From the NCBI GenBank assembly GCA_002338385.1, contig DDIE01000034.1, positions 22,828 to 61,572 of the forward strand: a DNA stretch of 38,745 nt. Direction: 5' to 3'. Shown here in pieces: positions 1-11,442 of this stretch. The first letter of the stretch is position 1, and each line of letters opens with the position of its first letter. Under the pieces are notes generated by a model, which saw only the letters and a program-made list of their open reading frames with translations, did no database searches and was not told the DNA's origin. Origin of the DNA: Proteobacteria bacterium UBA1858. GTDB lineage: Bacteria > Pseudomonadota > Gammaproteobacteria > UBA4575. The translations under genes were made by a program, and so were the position numbers.

Positions 1-767
1 GCATGTTTCTCAGATATGCTGGCACCACCAATGCGGTAACCTTTCAAGCCGCATTGCTCAATCAATTCGGCTGCATAGCCATTAGCTGGATTTTTAAATA
101 CTGAACCACAGTTCTTTTTACCAATAGGTTGGCTTTGCGCACGGCGTGCTAGTAATTCCTTAATACTGACCGTATTCGCTTGTTCAGTATTAGCGTTGAG
201 TGTGAAATGAGCGCCAACAAAATATTCATCCTCGAATACTGATACTTGACGATAAGCAAATTGATATTCTTCGACTTGCCTAGAATACACATCTCCCTGT
301 CGATTGATCACATCGACATAATCAACATGGTCCCAAGTCTGGCCACCAAAAGCACCCGCATTCATTGCCAGAGCACCACCCACAGTACCGGGAATGCCCG
401 CCATAAATTCAATTCCTGCCAAACCTTTATTGCTGGTATATTTAGCTAATTTGGCACATGCCACACCAGCCTGAACATAAACCTTAGCTGCTGCTCTGGA
501 TTCGATATTTTTTAGACAGGCATGGGTCACGATCACCACCCCAGCAACACCACCATCACGCACCAGCAGATTAGAACCCAGACCTATATACGTCACCGGC
601 GTAGCGGCCTCAAGTTGTTTGAGGAAGACACTCAAATCGTCTAAATCTTGTGGTTGATAGAGACACTCTGCACGCCCTTTCAAACCCCATGTGTTATAGC
701 GAGTAAGCGGCGCATCCATAGTTATTGAACCACGAATATTATGTGTCTTGAGCTGCTGCATCATCAT
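1..767 (-). CDS. murB: UDP-N-acetylenolpyruvoylglucosamine reductase (3' end outside window)
   Basis: Not in the ORF track because it is truncated. Manual minus-strand translation from ATG 767 (ATGA overlap with murC stop) gives MMMQQLKTHNIRG...YNTWGLKGRAE...GLGSNLLVRDGG...GIPGTVGGALAMNAGAFGG...QPIGKKNCGSVFKNP...ISEKHA, all MurB motifs. Confidence 0.95.
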   Translation of the reverse strand, partial: MMMQQLKTHNIRGSITMDAPLTRYNTWGLKGRAECLYQPQDLDDLSVFLKQLEAATPVTYIGLGSNLLVRDGGVAGVVIVTHACLKNIESRAAAKVYVQAGVACAKLAKYTSNKGLAGIEFMAGIPGTVGGALAMNAGAFGGQTWDHVDYVDVINRQGDVYSRQVEEYQFAYRQVSVFEDEYFVGAHFTLNANTEQANTVSIKELLARRAQSQPIGKKNCGSVFKNPANGYAAELIEQCGLKGYRIGGASISEKH

Positions 768-2197
768 GCACCCACCTCAGCAGATAACTCAGCAAACGCT
801 TGTTGGGCCATACTACCAATACTGCCCGCACCTAGGGTGAGAACAATATCACCTGCACTAATTACTGCCCGTAAGCTGTGGGTGAGAGATAAATCATCGT
901 CCAGCACAATCGCATCTAGTTTGCCGCGTAAGCGCAGCGCTTGCGCAAGCGCGCGGCTATCGGCATGCTTGATTGCAAGTTCACCCGCAGGATAAACATT
1001 CATTAACAACAGCACATCTATATCTGCTAGGACGGCAACGAAGTCATCAAATAAGTCACGTGTCCGCGTGTAACGATGGGGTTGAAAAACAACCACCAAA
1101 CGTCTCTCCGGCCACCCCTGTCGGACAGCTTCGATACTTGCCGCCAGTTCACGTGGGTGATGCGCATAATCATCGATAAAGTCTATCTCCGCCGGCCCGC
1201 TATTGAGCTGTCCAACAAACTGCATGCGTCGACCAATGCCGGCAAATTCTCGTAACGCTCGCTGCATGGCCTGGTGGTCTACTTTGAACTCGCATCCGAC
1301 CGCAATACTGGCTAGTGCATTCAGGACATTGTGTGCGCCTGGAAGATTGAGTTGATAGCTATGGTGACTGTCTTGGCCTCTAATAATGACATCAAATTGT
1401 GTGTGTCCTTGCTGATGAAGAATATTGACGGCACGGATATCAGCATCCTGAGACAGACCATAGGTAACATAAGGACGACTGACTTCAGGGATAATATTTC
1501 TGACTATTTCATCATCAATGCATAACACTGCCAGACCATAAAATGGAATATTGTGAAGAAACTCAATAAACGCTGCACGTAGCTTTTCAAAATCATTCTC
1601 ATAGGCCGTTAAATGATCAGCATCAATATTGGTAATCACAGCAACGATTGGCTGCAAGTGTAAGAATGAGGCATCACTCTCATCCGCCTCTGCTATCAAG
1701 TATTCACCATCACCGAGACGAGAATTACTATTGATGCTATTGACACGCCCGCCCACAATAAAGGTTGGATCCAGCTCACCCTCTGCCATCACTGCCGCCA
1801 CCAGACTGGTGGTGGTAGTCTTGCCATGGGTTCCGGCAATAGCAATGCCCTGCTTAAAGCGCATCAGTTCAGCCAGCATTTCTGCCCGCCTGACAATTGG
1901 TATACGTTGTTTAGCAGCGGCTAGTAGTTCAATATTATTATCTGCAATCGCAGAGGAAACAATGACCACATCCATGTCTTCTATATTGCTGGCGGCATGA
2001 TCCGAATATATCTCTGCGCCCAGTGATTGCAGATTGTGAGTTGCTTTATTGAGTGAGCAATCACTGCCATAGATGGAGAAACCGAGATTAAGCATCACTT
2101 CCGCAATACCACTCATCCCCACGCCACCTATACCAATAAAAAATACGTTATTGACGCGATGCATGGGCAGCGTCACTGGACGGTACAGCACATCCAT
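764..2197 (-). CDS. murC: UDP-N-acetylmuramate--L-alanine ligase
   Basis: FIGIGGVGMSG, AGTHGKTTTT, EADESD and DDYAHHP motifs. Start moved to ATG 2197 (TGATG overlap with murG stop, GGAGGAGG SD). Confidence 0.97.
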   Translation of the reverse strand: MDVLYRPVTLPMHRVNNVFFIGIGGVGMSGIAEVMLNLGFSIYGSDCSLNKATHNLQSLGAEIYSDHAASNIEDMDVVIVSSAIADNNIELLAAAKQRIPIVRRAEMLAELMRFKQGIAIAGTHGKTTTTSLVAAVMAEGELDPTFIVGGRVNSINSNSRLGDGEYLIAEADESDASFLHLQPIVAVITNIDADHLTAYENDFEKLRAAFIEFLHNIPFYGLAVLCIDDEIVRNIIPEVSRPYVTYGLSQDADIRAVNILHQQGHTQFDVIIRGQDSHHSYQLNLPGAHNVLNALASIAVGCEFKVDHQAMQRALREFAGIGRRMQFVGQLNSGPAEIDFIDDYAHHPRELAASIEAVRQGWPERRLVVVFQPHRYTRTRDLFDDFVAVLADIDVLLLMNVYPAGELAIKHADSRALAQALRLRGKLDAIVLDDDLSLTHSLRAVISAGDIVLTLGAGSIGSMAQQAFAELSAEVGA

Positions 2198-3297
2198 CAG
2201 CCCTCCTCCATCGGGTCCTTGTGACCCGCTAAGTGCATACATTCTTGCGCCACCCGCTCAGCAGCATTCACGCTAGCCAGGGCCTTCGCCTGACTGGCCA
2301 TGTGGCGATATTGTTGTGCATCTAGAATAGTGCGCAACGCACCCGCTAATAGATCTGGCGTGAGGGACTGCTCAGCGATCAAATGAGCGGCACCTCGCTC
2401 GACAAATTGCTGCGCATTGACTGTTTGATGGTCATCCACGGCATACGGATAAGGCACCAAAATTGCCCCTAGGCCGACACTGGCTATTTCTGCCAAAGTC
2501 ATTGCACCACTACGACATATAATTAAGTCTGCCCAGCTATAAGCTGTCTGCATATCATTGATGAATTCATCGACCTGCACTCGAGCATGCTGCAATGTGT
2601 CGCCAGACATATAAGCCTGACTGACTGCATCATATGCGCCTGTGCCTGTCTGATGTCGTATGGCCAGATCAAATGTATCCGCAATAGACTCAAGTGCACT
2701 TGGCACGATAGTATTGAGTGCTTTCGATCCCTGACTGCCGCCGACAATGAGCAGCCGAATTGGTGAGCCGTCACGCTGAGCAAAACGAGTTTCAGGATGA
2801 TCGATAGTGAGTAATTCATTACGTACCGGATTGCCACAAAACTCGATCTTGTCCGAGTGGTAGACAAAGCCAGCGAAAATTTTATTCGCCAGCGGTGCCA
2901 AGATGCGATTTGTTAAGCCCATAATGGCATTCTGCTCATGCAGCACGAGTGGCTTTCTCATTAATACCGCCATCAAACCACATGGCCCAGTCACAAATCC
3001 GCCCATACCTAACAGCACACTGGGCCGATGTTGCACAATGATTGCTAACGCCTGGCATAGTGCTTTGAGAATAATAAATGGCGCCAGGATGGAGTACCTC
3101 AGGCCTTTACCGCGTAGCCCTTGAATCTGCATCGTGACTAATTTGAAACCTGCCTCAGGTACCACTCGGTATTCAATGCCACGCTCAGTACCTACCCAAA
3201 TCACTGGCACCTCACAGCGTTGTAATTGTTTCGCGACGGCTAAAGCAGGAAAGACGTGACCGCCTGTACCGCCCGCCAGAATCATGACCGGCCGCAT
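2197..3297 (-). CDS. murG: Undecaprenyl-PP-MurNAc-pentapeptide GlcNAc transferase
   Basis: AGGTGGHVFP, HEQN, GNPVR, GGSQG and DDHQTVNA motifs. Confidence 0.98.
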   Translation of the reverse strand: MRPVMILAGGTGGHVFPALAVAKQLQRCEVPVIWVGTERGIEYRVVPEAGFKLVTMQIQGLRGKGLRYSILAPFIILKALCQALAIIVQHRPSVLLGMGGFVTGPCGLMAVLMRKPLVLHEQNAIMGLTNRILAPLANKIFAGFVYHSDKIEFCGNPVRNELLTIDHPETRFAQRDGSPIRLLIVGGSQGSKALNTIVPSALESIADTFDLAIRHQTGTGAYDAVSQAYMSGDTLQHARVQVDEFINDMQTAYSWADLIICRSGAMTLAEIASVGLGAILVPYPYAVDDHQTVNAQQFVERGAAHLIAEQSLTPDLLAGALRTILDAQQYRHMASQAKALASVNAAERVAQECMHLAGHKDPMEEG

Positions 3298-4472
3298 TAC
3301 AGCATCGTCCTTTTGCGAACTTTGCTCACGCTTTGTTGGGTCACTTCTGAATACACCCTGACAAGTAAACCGATCGCAATACAGCTCGCTAGAAGATTAC
3401 TTCCACCTACACTTATAAACGGTAGACTGAGGCCTTTGGTCGGTAACATCCCCATATTCACACACAGACTAATGACCGTTTGCAGTCCAAACCAGATACC
3501 ACAACCATAAGCAATATTTTGTGCGAATGTCATATTCTGTAAACGTGCTTTGTTACCCAAGTCAAAACAGCGCCAGATAAAAATGAAAAAACTCATCAAT
3601 AGTATCGCGACACCGATCAGCCCTGTCTCTTCAGCTAAAACAGCAAAAATGAAGTCATTATGTGCCTCAGGCAAGTGAAATAGTTTCTGCACACTCTCAC
3701 CAATTCCGACACCGAATATGCCACCGTTGCCTACGGCAATCAGCGCCTGAGTCAGTTGATAGCCAGAGGCTTGTGGATCCGCCCATGGGTCCATGAAGGC
3801 AATAATTCTTTGCATCCGGTAGGGTGAGGTAATGGCAAGTATCGCCATCATGCTGAGTACCGTTGAGATACAAGTAATCAGTGGCAGCATACGCACCCCA
3901 GACAGGAACAACATGCCAAACATGATCAACACAAACACAATCGCTGAACCAAAATCTGGCTCCAGCATGAGCAACGTGATGATTAATCCCAGCACTAGCA
4001 TCGGACTTAGAAATGTGACTAATTTAGTTTGCACATTCGTCCCGTGCCGAACAACATAACCGGCCAAGTAAATGATCATCGCAACCTTGGCAAATTCAGA
4101 TACTTGCAGACCGATAGGGCCAATCAATAACCAACGCGTGCTGCCATTTACGGTCCGGCCTAAACCTGGTAACAAGACCAGAATTAAGCATATTATAGCG
4201 AGCATGAGTAAGGATGGACCGAGACGCTCCCACACCCCAAGCCGTATGCGTGACACGACAAAAATAGTACTCAGGCCCAACAGTAAGAAGACTAATTGTT
4301 TTTTAACGTAAAAGAATTCATCAGCATGCAAGCGAGCAGCCATATCAATCGTCGTAGACGTCAGCATGATCATACCTATGCCGCAGATCATCAATATCGC
4401 AATAAACATCTGCACATCCATGAATCGAGCTATCGACTGATTCAGGTCAGCTGACTGGCTGGCGTGGCTCAT
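3297..4472 (-). CDS. ftsW: Peptidoglycan glycosyltransferase FtsW (SEDS family)
   Basis: Polytopic; NGSTRW, QVSEFAK, EPDFG, LPEAHNDF and LPFISVGGS motifs; dcw position. Confidence 0.97.
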   Translation of the reverse strand: MSHASQSADLNQSIARFMDVQMFIAILMICGIGMIMLTSTTIDMAARLHADEFFYVKKQLVFLLLGLSTIFVVSRIRLGVWERLGPSLLMLAIICLILVLLPGLGRTVNGSTRWLLIGPIGLQVSEFAKVAMIIYLAGYVVRHGTNVQTKLVTFLSPMLVLGLIITLLMLEPDFGSAIVFVLIMFGMLFLSGVRMLPLITCISTVLSMMAILAITSPYRMQRIIAFMDPWADPQASGYQLTQALIAVGNGGIFGVGIGESVQKLFHLPEAHNDFIFAVLAEETGLIGVAILLMSFFIFIWRCFDLGNKARLQNMTFAQNIAYGCGIWFGLQTVISLCVNMGMLPTKGLSLPFISVGGSNLLASCIAIGLLVRVYSEVTQQSVSKVRKRTML

Positions 4473-5821
4473 GCCTGCCCCCCGTGTAGCGCCTGCACTG
4501 CACCACGAAATGTATCACCCCTGTGCATGTAGTTGTCAAACATATCGAAGCTGGCACAGGCGGGGGATAATAATACTGCCTCACCTGTCAGCGCCTGCTG
4601 CTTGGCCAGTGTGACTGCCTCTGTGAGGTGAGCAGCCTGTTCGACTAAGGCATGATCTTGCAGAGCATCAACAAACATATCTGCTGCCTCGCCAAATACA
4701 ATCACAGCCCTCACTTTTTCTTCAATAATGGGCACCATAGTGGCAAGTGAGCCACCTTTGTAGACCCCACCAAGGAGCAGAATGATGGTTCTATCGATAC
4801 CTTGCAGAGCAGCAATCGCGGCAGCAACATTGGTTGCCTTACTATCGTTAATCCACACAATATCATTCTCATTCGCGACCACCTCGCAACGATGAGGTAA
4901 GCCATTAAAAGCTTTGATGGTGTCAACCGCGGCCGCCATATCGGAAATGTAAGGCTCAGTCAGAGCCAAGGCCGCTAACACATTCAGTTGTCCGGTTAAG
5001 CCTAACAAAGGAATATCATGCACTGGCATGATCGGATGATCACCACGGACTAGCCACTGCTCGCCTGCAGCATCTGTACTTATTCCATACTGTCCTGAAG
5101 TCGGCACATCAGCACCAAAACTACAGTCTCCAGCAAGCGCATCAGCCAGTGCTGGTCTGGCTACGACTTTACGTGCCGCTTGTTGGTAGATTGATAATTT
5201 GATTTGCTGGTAGTGTGCAAACTGTGCATGCCGATCGAGATGATCAGCTGTGATATTCAGTACCACAGCTGCACATGGACTGAGCGATTGGCAGGTTTCA
5301 AGCTGAAAACTCGATAACTCTAAAACATACATAGCGAGATTATCATCAGCTAATAAATTCAAAGCAGGCTCGCCAATATTTGCGCCAGCACGCACTGCAA
5401 TGTTTTGGCTGGCTAACAATGCTGTCACTAGGGTGGTCACTGTACTCTTGCCATTTGACCCGGTGATTGCAATATAGGGTTTGCGTGCTGCGCGTGCGAA
5501 CAGCTCTATATCTCCAATCACCTCGACACCAGCAGCAATTGCGGTCTGAATTTCTGCTCGTTGACTATCGATACCAGGACTCACTATGACGGTGTCAGCC
5601 TGCTGCAACCAAGACCATTGCAATTGCCCAAAACAAATATCTTCCCTGGCCAAAACAGCTTTAATCTTGTCCCCATTAGGTGGAGTTTCACGACTATCAG
5701 TCACCCGTACAGAGTGACCTTGCGCGAGCAAGTATGCCACTACCGACCAGCCTGTTATGCCTGCACCCAGGACGAGATAATTATGCTGTGTATTTTTCAT
5801 TGCATGTTGACTCACGCTCAT
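4469..5821 (-). CDS. murD: UDP-MurNAc-L-Ala--D-glutamate ligase
   Basis: ITGSNGKST, LELSSFQLE, INDSKATN and LSPACASFDMF motifs. Start probably ATG 5821, coupled to the mraY stop. Confidence 0.96.
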   Translation of the reverse strand: MSVSQHAMKNTQHNYLVLGAGITGWSVVAYLLAQGHSVRVTDSRETPPNGDKIKAVLAREDICFGQLQWSWLQQADTVIVSPGIDSQRAEIQTAIAAGVEVIGDIELFARAARKPYIAITGSNGKSTVTTLVTALLASQNIAVRAGANIGEPALNLLADDNLAMYVLELSSFQLETCQSLSPCAAVVLNITADHLDRHAQFAHYQQIKLSIYQQAARKVVARPALADALAGDCSFGADVPTSGQYGISTDAAGEQWLVRGDHPIMPVHDIPLLGLTGQLNVLAALALTEPYISDMAAAVDTIKAFNGLPHRCEVVANENDIVWINDSKATNVAAAIAALQGIDRTIILLLGGVYKGGSLATMVPIIEEKVRAVIVFGEAADMFVDALQDHALVEQAAHLTEAVTLAKQQALTGEAVLLSPACASFDMFDNYMHRGDTFRGAVQALHGGQA

Positions 5822-6903
5822 CACCTGATTTTCAGAGTTGAGAGACCAATCAAAACAAGAATAATAGTAATGATCCAAAAGCGCACAATCACTCTCGGTT
5901 CAGGCCATCCACGTAATTCAAAATGATGATGTAGTGGTGCCATTTTAAAAATACGTTTACCGGTTAATTTATAAGAGGTGACTTGCATCATCACAGACAT
6001 AGTTTCTACTACAAATACGCCACCCATAATCACTAAGACAATTTCTTGCCTGACTAATATCGCTACTACCCCCAATGCTGCACCCAGCGATAAGGCACCA
6101 ACATCGCCCATAAAAACTTGTGCGGGATAAGCGTTGAACCAGAGGAAGCCCAAACCCGCACCCATGATGGCGGCACAAAATATAACTAGCTCACCGGCAA
6201 GAGGTAAATATGGAATGGCCAGATATTCTGAGAATTCCGAATGGCCACTGAGATAAGCAAATACGCCTAGTCCACCAGCCACCATGACAGTCGGCATTAT
6301 AGCTAGGCCGTCAAGTCCATCAGTAAGATTAACGGCATTGCTTGAGCCAACAATGACGAAGTAAACAGCTAATATGAACCATGGTCCGAGTTGTAAAACA
6401 ACATCCTTGAAAAAGGGGACATATAAACTCGTTTCGGCAGGCAATTGCGCAGTTTCGAATATCCACCAGGCTGTAATCAGTCCGACCACCGACTGCAGAG
6501 TAAACTTTAATTTAGCCGAAATACCTGCGCTATTACCTTTCAGAAGTTTTTTAACATCATCGAATGCGCCAATGGCACCATAAAAAAATGTTACAAAACA
6601 TACTATCCATATATAGCGATTAGATAAGTCTCCCCATAGTAAAGTACTGACCAGCACACCTAATAAAAGAAACACACCACCCATGGTTGGGGTGCCAGCT
6701 TTCAGATGATGCGTCTGCGGACCATTGTCTCGTATCGTTTGCTTGATACTGTGATCAGTCAGGCGTTTAATCATCACTGGTCCAGTTATAAAGCAAATAA
6801 TCAACGCTGTGAGCACACCTAAAATAGAGCGTAGGGTAAGATAGCCAAACATATTGAATGAGCTATTGAACTGTTCTAAGTACTCAAATAAATATACCAG
6901 CAT
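5821..6903 (-). CDS. mraY: Phospho-N-acetylmuramoyl-pentapeptide transferase
   Basis: [26 protein letters not shown] and MAPLHHHFE motifs. Confidence 0.98.
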   Translation of the reverse strand: MLVYLFEYLEQFNSSFNMFGYLTLRSILGVLTALIICFITGPVMIKRLTDHSIKQTIRDNGPQTHHLKAGTPTMGGVFLLLGVLVSTLLWGDLSNRYIWIVCFVTFFYGAIGAFDDVKKLLKGNSAGISAKLKFTLQSVVGLITAWWIFETAQLPAETSLYVPFFKDVVLQLGPWFILAVYFVIVGSSNAVNLTDGLDGLAIMPTVMVAGGLGVFAYLSGHSEFSEYLAIPYLPLAGELVIFCAAIMGAGLGFLWFNAYPAQVFMGDVGALSLGAALGVVAILVRQEIVLVIMGGVFVVETMSVMMQVTSYKLTGKRIFKMAPLHHHFELRGWPEPRVIVRFWIITIILVLIGLSTLKIR

Positions 6904-6915
6904 AGGTTTCTCTAT

Positions 6916-8259
6916 TTAGTGAATAGCCTCGTTTGTAATTAACAAATTGACAATCTTCTCCATCTGCATCGCCCGGGAGCCTTTCACCAACACACAACAC
7001 CCTTGATGCAACTCTGTCATGACCGCATCAGCAAGCGTTTGGTGATCAGTAAAACTAAAGCCGTTGTCACCAAACCCAGCGGCGGCATACTTACTCAATT
7101 GGCCGAGAGCAAACAATTTTTTGACCCCTGCAGATTTTGCCAGCTGCCCCATTTGGGTATGGATATTCGCCGCGTCCGTACCCAGTTCACCCATATCGCC
7201 GAGTACCAGCCAACTGTCACTGGACTGGGCGCATAACACCTCTATCGCCGCACTTAATGAAGCAGGATTTGCGTTGTAGCTATCATCAATAATCTGAGCG
7301 CCTTTAATGGCCGTCTTTATTTGCAGACGACTACTCGCCTGGATCATGCTTTCCAGACCTAATTTTATATTCTGGTGACTGACACCCGCTGCCTTTGCTG
7401 CGGCTATCACAGCCAGTGCATTGCATGCATTATGCTTGCCTAATATCGGCAACTTAACGGTCAGCTGACTATCTTCACTTTGGACATCGAGCTGACCATC
7501 AAGCGCAATATCGCCTCTGATGTCAGCTTGCGCACTAAAACCAAACGTAACGATCTGTAGATGTCGAGCCTTAGCAGACCAAAAAGTGAGGTATTGATCA
7601 TCAGCATTCAGCACAATGACACCGTTGGGCTTAACACCATTGATAATTTCCCCCTTACCCTGAGCGACGCCTTGGATAGAACCAAAACCCTCTAAATGTG
7701 CAGGTCCTGCGTTAGTGATAATTGCAATATCTGGTGTTACCAGATGACTCAAGTGGTTGATCTCACCAAGATGATTAGCACCCATCTCAATGACAGCATA
7801 TTGATCATGCTGCTCAAGTTGTAGCAGGGTTAATGGCACACCGATATGATTATTGAGATTACCCTGGGTACTGCAGGTGGGCCCCAGCCTAGAAAAAATA
7901 CTGCTGAGCATTTGTTTGACTGTCGTTTTACCATTACTACCAGTGACACCAATCACCAGTGGATTGACTTTATTACGCCATGCTTGTGCCCAATTTGATA
8001 AGCCCAGCAAAGTATCATCAACTATTATTTTAGGTAATGTTGAGTCAACATCACGCTGTAAAAAAAGTGCACTGGCCTGAGCACATAACTGCTCATCAAT
8101 AAAATTATGGCCATCAAATTTCTCGCCCTTCAAAGCAACAAATAGCTGATCAGCCTTCACTTGACGCGAGTCAGTACTCAAGCCATTAATAGTCACGTCC
8201 TGACCTAATAACTCGCCGCGCGCCATAGTGGCGATAGCGCTTAATTTGATGCTATCCAC
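6916..8259 (-). CDS. murF: UDP-MurNAc-tripeptide--D-Ala-D-Ala ligase
   Basis: TGSNGKTTVK, NLNNHIGVP, DDSYNANP and KGSR motifs. Confidence 0.97.
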   Translation of the reverse strand: MDSIKLSAIATMARGELLGQDVTINGLSTDSRQVKADQLFVALKGEKFDGHNFIDEQLCAQASALFLQRDVDSTLPKIIVDDTLLGLSNWAQAWRNKVNPLVIGVTGSNGKTTVKQMLSSIFSRLGPTCSTQGNLNNHIGVPLTLLQLEQHDQYAVIEMGANHLGEINHLSHLVTPDIAIITNAGPAHLEGFGSIQGVAQGKGEIINGVKPNGVIVLNADDQYLTFWSAKARHLQIVTFGFSAQADIRGDIALDGQLDVQSEDSQLTVKLPILGKHNACNALAVIAAAKAAGVSHQNIKLGLESMIQASSRLQIKTAIKGAQIIDDSYNANPASLSAAIEVLCAQSSDSWLVLGDMGELGTDAANIHTQMGQLAKSAGVKKLFALGQLSKYAAAGFGDNGFSFTDHQTLADAVMTELHQGCCVLVKGSRAMQMEKIVNLLITNEAIH

Positions 8260-9733
8260 AGGCTGCCTCCATTAATACTTGCTGTGCTACATGAGCATCA
8301 TCAAAAGCAATTTTGTGCCTACCTATGAGCTGAAATTTTTCATGCCCTTTACCGGCAATCAGGACTATATCATTGGCTCGAGTATGTTGGATTGCATGCG
8401 CTATTGCCGCCTGTCGATCAACAATCTGTGTGCACGGAGTGTCTGCCAGACAACCCTCTACAATCGCATCAATAATAGCCTGCGGTATCTCATCGCGCGG
8501 ATTATCTGAAGTAATGACCACAGCATCAGCATAGCGACTGGCCACTTCACCCATCTTGGCGCGTTTACCTTGATCGCGATTACCACCACAGCCAAATACA
8601 CAGGTCAGCCTACCCTGACAGTGCTGGCGCACTGCATTGAGTGCGCAGGATAAAGCTGCTGGGGTATGCGCATAATCAACTATGATGGACACCATCTGTT
8701 GGTTAGGAATAAATTGCATCCGACCCGGCACCGCTTTGAGTTGGCTGAGCACATCTGCAATGATCTCATCAGCATGGCCCAAACTCACAAGTGTCGCCGC
8801 CACAGCGAGTATGTTGAGCACATTAAATTGACCAAAAAGAGCTAGCTCAAGTGGGTAATCCTGCCCTTTCATATGGATTAGTAGTTTGGTCCCTGAGGCA
8901 TGATAATCAACCTTCTTCACATAAAGGTCCGCATCACTGTCTGATAATGAGTAACTCACTACTTTTATTTTGCAAGCTAATTGCTGATGCCACTTTTTAC
9001 CTACTTCATCATCAATATTCAGGACTGCAGCGCGCGCACCTGATGCGAAAAATAGTGCCGCTTTAGCTGCAATATAATTTTCTAGAGTATGATGATAATC
9101 AAGATGATCACGGGTGATATTGGTCAGTACTGCAACATCTACTCTGGTATTGGCTAGGCGACCCTGCTCAATCCCATGGGATGATGCCTCTATCGCAACC
9201 GCCTGACAGCCGTCACCTGCCAGCCGTTGCATCTCTCTGGCTAACTTAGCAACGCCCGGTGTAGTGTGATTGGCAGGACGGAGTTGCTCTGCATAGCCGT
9301 AACCCAAAGTACCAATCAGACCGCAGGGTTGACCCATGCATGTTAATGCTTGTGCCAACAAATGAGTCACTGAAGTTTTCCCATCAGTGCCAGTCACCGC
9401 GACGGTGGACAGAGATATTTCTGCCTGTTTATAGAAATACTCAATCATATGCCGGCTATGAGCCGCCAGCTTTGCGACTGCTACAACGGGCACAGTCAAA
9501 GCTAATTTCTGCACATCCTGGCTAAGCGTTTCATCACATACGATCGCTACCGCACCGGCAGACACAGCCTGCTCAACATAGCTGCATGATTTCATAGCCA
9601 GAAATAAATCCCCCACCTCACAGTCACCACTGTACTCACAGATGCCCGTGATGAGCACGTCATCCGCGGCTGCGACAGATGTCCATGCAGACAATAACTC
9701 TGATAACTTGATAGCCGCGCGAGTGGGTGTCAT
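8252..9733 (-). CDS. murE: UDP-MurNAc-dipeptide--meso-DAP ligase
   Basis: TGTDGKT, DHLDYH, DYAHTP, DNPR (meso-DAP specificity) and AGKGHE motifs. Confidence 0.97.
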   Translation of the reverse strand: MTPTRAAIKLSELLSAWTSVAAADDVLITGICEYSGDCEVGDLFLAMKSCSYVEQAVSAGAVAIVCDETLSQDVQKLALTVPVVAVAKLAAHSRHMIEYFYKQAEISLSTVAVTGTDGKTSVTHLLAQALTCMGQPCGLIGTLGYGYAEQLRPANHTTPGVAKLAREMQRLAGDGCQAVAIEASSHGIEQGRLANTRVDVAVLTNITRDHLDYHHTLENYIAAKAALFFASGARAAVLNIDDEVGKKWHQQLACKIKVVSYSLSDSDADLYVKKVDYHASGTKLLIHMKGQDYPLELALFGQFNVLNILAVAATLVSLGHADEIIADVLSQLKAVPGRMQFIPNQQMVSIIVDYAHTPAALSCALNAVRQHCQGRLTCVFGCGGNRDQGKRAKMGEVASRYADAVVITSDNPRDEIPQAIIDAIVEGCLADTPCTQIVDRQAAIAHAIQHTRANDIVLIAGKGHEKFQLIGRHKIAFDDAHVAQQVLMEAACG

Positions 9734-11442
9734 TGGCTTCCCCCAGCGGCCAGCACAATTTGCCCTTCACTAGTATTAATTTGATCCGGCAAGATATTCA
9801 TCAATCTGAGGCTGCCCTCAGCAATCTTGGCAAATGCTGGCGCAGCAACCATACCACCGGAGTAGCCATTGCTGGTCGGCGTATCCACCATCACAACCAC
9901 TACGATCTGAGGATTAGTATAGGGTGCAAAACCAGCAAACAAAGCAACATAATCCTCCTCTGAATATCCCCCTTTAATGAATTTCTTGGAAGTTCCAGTC
10001 TTACCCGCAGATGAATAGGATTTCATTTGAGCACGTGAGCCTGTACCTTCAGCAGACACTACGCCACGCATCATGTTGACGATAGCTGTTGTTGTTGCTG
10101 CTGAAATGACGCGTGTGCCTGGCGGAGGGTCTTGATGAGCAATGAATGTCACGGGTAAGCGTATGCCATCATTGGCTAACACACTGTAGGCTCTCGCCAG
10201 CTGCAATGAGGTGGTCGACATGCCATAACCAAATGCGATTGTGGCACGTTGCAGCTTATTCCACTCACTATAACTTTCCAGCTCACCCTCGGTTTCACCG
10301 GTCATGCCTGAGCCTGTGAGTTGACCAAAACCAACGGCCTGATACAGCGACCAGATATTGGCGGGTTGCATATTAAGTGCGACCTTAACTGCACCCACAT
10401 TACTGGACTTAGCCAGCAGGGTTGGCAGTGTGATCTGACCATAATTGCGGGCATCTTTAACGGCCAGCTGACCATACTGAAAATGACCCGGAGCAGTTTC
10501 AATTACGCTGTTCAAACTGTGTATATCTCGCTCCAGACTGGCAGCAAGTAAAAAAGGCTTAATAGTTGAACCCGGTTCAAAACGATCGGTAATCGCTCGG
10601 TTACGCATCTGATTATGAATTGCATTTCTGCGATCATTGGGGTTGTATACTGGCAGGTTAGTCATGGCTAATACTTCACCTGTTGCCACCGATAATACGA
10701 CCACAGATCCGGATGCCGCTGCGTGTTTTTGAATAGCGCGCTTAAGTTCTCTGTGCGCTAGATATTGAATGCGTTTATCGATCGACAGAACTAATTCATT
10801 ACCCTGCTTGGGTGCTTCAATAGATTCAATATCCGCAATGATCTGACGCTTACCGTCACGTAAGACACGTTTCTTGCCTGGCTCACCATGCAACCAGTCA
10901 TCATAGGCATGCTCAATACCGTCAATTCCCTCACCATCAATGTTAGTCAATCCGATCACATGCGCCAGCATGTCACCCGCAGGATAGTAACGGCGATATT
11001 CTTCTTGGGTAGAAATACCAGCTAATTGAGTATGCATAATTGTCTCCGCTACCGCTGGCGGTACATGTCGCTTCAGATAGACAAAGTATTTTTCTGCCCG
11101 ACTTTCAATCTTGCTGCGTAATCGTACTGGATCCAGCTGCAAAATCCGGGCAACAGATACGATAGACTCGGGATGTTGCAGGATAACTCTGGGATTGGCT
11201 GAAATAGAGTAAACAGGTGTGCTGATCGCCAGCGCCTCACCATGGCGATCCTTGATGACCCCTCGATGGGCAGGAATTTCGACCACACTGACTTGAGTTT
11301 TTATACCTTTCTGCTCGTAAAATTCTGCATCTAATAATTGCAGTTGAACAGCGCGCATGAAGAGTAGAATAAATACCAACAATATCAAGCCCAATGAAAA
11401 ATATCTGCGTCCATTGAATGTTTTCAATTGTGCTTTTTTCAT
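9730..11442 (-). CDS. ftsI: Penicillin-binding protein 3 (division transpeptidase)
   Basis: N-terminal TM helix; STIK (SxxK), SSN (SxN) and KTG motifs. Confidence 0.97.
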   Translation of the reverse strand: MKKAQLKTFNGRRYFSLGLILLVFILLFMRAVQLQLLDAEFYEQKGIKTQVSVVEIPAHRGVIKDRHGEALAISTPVYSISANPRVILQHPESIVSVARILQLDPVRLRSKIESRAEKYFVYLKRHVPPAVAETIMHTQLAGISTQEEYRRYYPAGDMLAHVIGLTNIDGEGIDGIEHAYDDWLHGEPGKKRVLRDGKRQIIADIESIEAPKQGNELVLSIDKRIQYLAHRELKRAIQKHAAASGSVVVLSVATGEVLAMTNLPVYNPNDRRNAIHNQMRNRAITDRFEPGSTIKPFLLAASLERDIHSLNSVIETAPGHFQYGQLAVKDARNYGQITLPTLLAKSSNVGAVKVALNMQPANIWSLYQAVGFGQLTGSGMTGETEGELESYSEWNKLQRATIAFGYGMSTTSLQLARAYSVLANDGIRLPVTFIAHQDPPPGTRVISAATTTAIVNMMRGVVSAEGTGSRAQMKSYSSAGKTGTSKKFIKGGYSEEDYVALFAGFAPYTNPQIVVVVMVDTPTSNGYSGGMVAAPAFAKIAEGSLRLMNILPDQINTSEGQIVLAAGGSQ